Shown here in pieces: positions 62,845-64,000 of a stretch of 64,000 nucleotides of DNA (its first letter is position 1; every line of letters starts with the position of its first letter). A model generated the notes under the pieces. It had not been told where the DNA came from. It ran no database searches and saw only the letters and a list, made by a program, of their open reading frames with translations. Origin of the DNA: Eledone cirrhosa (Eukaryota); contig OZ024743.1 of the NCBI GenBank assembly GCA_964016885.1, forward strand, positions 260,896,001 through 260,960,000, given 5' to 3'. The position numbers were made by a program, and so were the translations under genes.

Positions 62845-63540
62845 GTTGTTATTACTATAATACGTGATATGATATCGTTATTACTATAACACGCGATGTA
62901 ATATCGTTATTGCTATAACACGCGATGTAATAGCGTTATTACTGTGACACGCGATGTAATATCGTTATTACTGTAATGTGTGATGTGATATCGTTATTAT
63001 TATGACACTATTGGTGGATTGGCAGTATCGGTAGAGGGTCGGACGCCATGCTTTCCAGCATAGTTACGTCCCTTTACGATCTGAGTTCAAATCCCGCCGA
63101 GGTTGACTTTGCCTTTCATCCTTACGTGGTCGATAAAATAAAGTACCAGTAATACACTGGTAATTGCTGGCCTTGTGCCTAAAGTAGAAACAGTTATTAT
63201 TATGACACTATGTGGTGTCGTTATTACTATAACACGTGATTTAATATTGTTATTGCTATGATATATGATGTGATATTGCTTATTACTATAACACGTGATG
63301 TGATATCGTTATTATTATAACATGTGATGTGATATCGTTATTATTATGGCACTATATGATATGGCTATTACACGTGATGTAATATCGTTATTACTATAAC
63401 ACGTGATGTGATATCGTTGTTATTATAACACGTGATGTGATATCGTTATTATAACACGTGATGTAATATCGTTATTGCCATGATACATGATGTGATATTG
63501 TTATTACTATAACACGTGATGCGATATCGTTATTACTATA
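62845..63540. repeat. ~27-bp minisatellite interrupted by SINE S1 (63012-63192); second S1 at 63541-63715
   Basis: Unit TTATTACTATAACACGTGATGTGATATCG; TSD GTTATTATTATGACACTAT at 62993-63011 and 63193-63211. Confidence 0.9.
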
Positions 63541-63779
63541 TTGGCAGTGTCGGCAGAGAGTCGGACGCCATGCTTTGCAGCACAGTTACGTCCCTTTACC
63601 GACTGAGTTCAAATCCCGCCGAGGTTAACTTTGCCTTTCATCCTTACGGGGTCGATAAAATAAAGTACCAGTAATGCACTGGGTAATTGCTGGCCTTGTG
63701 CCAAAAGTAGAAACAGTTATTACTATTGTTCGTGCTGACTTATTAATATCTCTCCATGTTTTGACAGCTTTCATGTTTT

Positions 63780-64000
63780 GTGGTAGAGTGGCGTCATAGT
63801 GTGGTAGAGTGACGTCATTGTGTGGTAGAGTGACGTTATAGTGTCGTAGAGTGACGTTATAGTGTCGTAGAGTGACGTTATAGTGTGGTAGAGTGACATT
63901 ATAGTGTGGTAGAGTGGTGTCATAGTGTGGTAGAGTGACGTTATAGTGTGGTAGAGTGACGTTATAGTGTGGTAAAGGCGCGTCATAGTGTGGTAGAGTC
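63780..64000. repeat. 21-bp minisatellite
   Basis: Unit ATAGTGTGGTAGAGTGACGTT running to the window end. Confidence 0.95.

Overview
AT-rich, repeat-saturated animal genomic DNA. The SINE, LINE and microsatellite landscape resembles Octopus or another cephalopod; this is an inference from remembered repeat families, not a database result. No host protein-coding exon could be supported, and almost all listed ORFs are translations of microsatellites or antisense frames of transposons. Recognisable content: one intact 1044-codon RTE-clade LINE ORF (1986-5120); R4/Dong-type LINEs in (TAA)n; Tx1/L1-type 3' ends in (TAGA)n; a degraded RTE/BovB-like LINE with three C-terminal C2H2 fingers; CR1, Gypsy, mariner, hAT and pogo/Tigger fragments; two non-autonomous Helitrons; many tRNA-derived SINEs; and a tRNA-Leu(TAG) pseudogene. 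The most striking feature is a dense set of Penelope-like element (PLE) products inserted in (TA)n tracts. These include RT and GIY-YIG remnants, more than a dozen type I hammerhead ribozyme (HHR) motifs (some with a compensatory U3-A8 core), and a ~315-nt tandemly repeated non-coding HHR unit (retrozyme-like). There are also fold-back stubs whose symmetry centre repeatedly lies just upstream of the HHR GAAA, and chimeric insertions joining different RNA templates with both 3' ends pointing outward.
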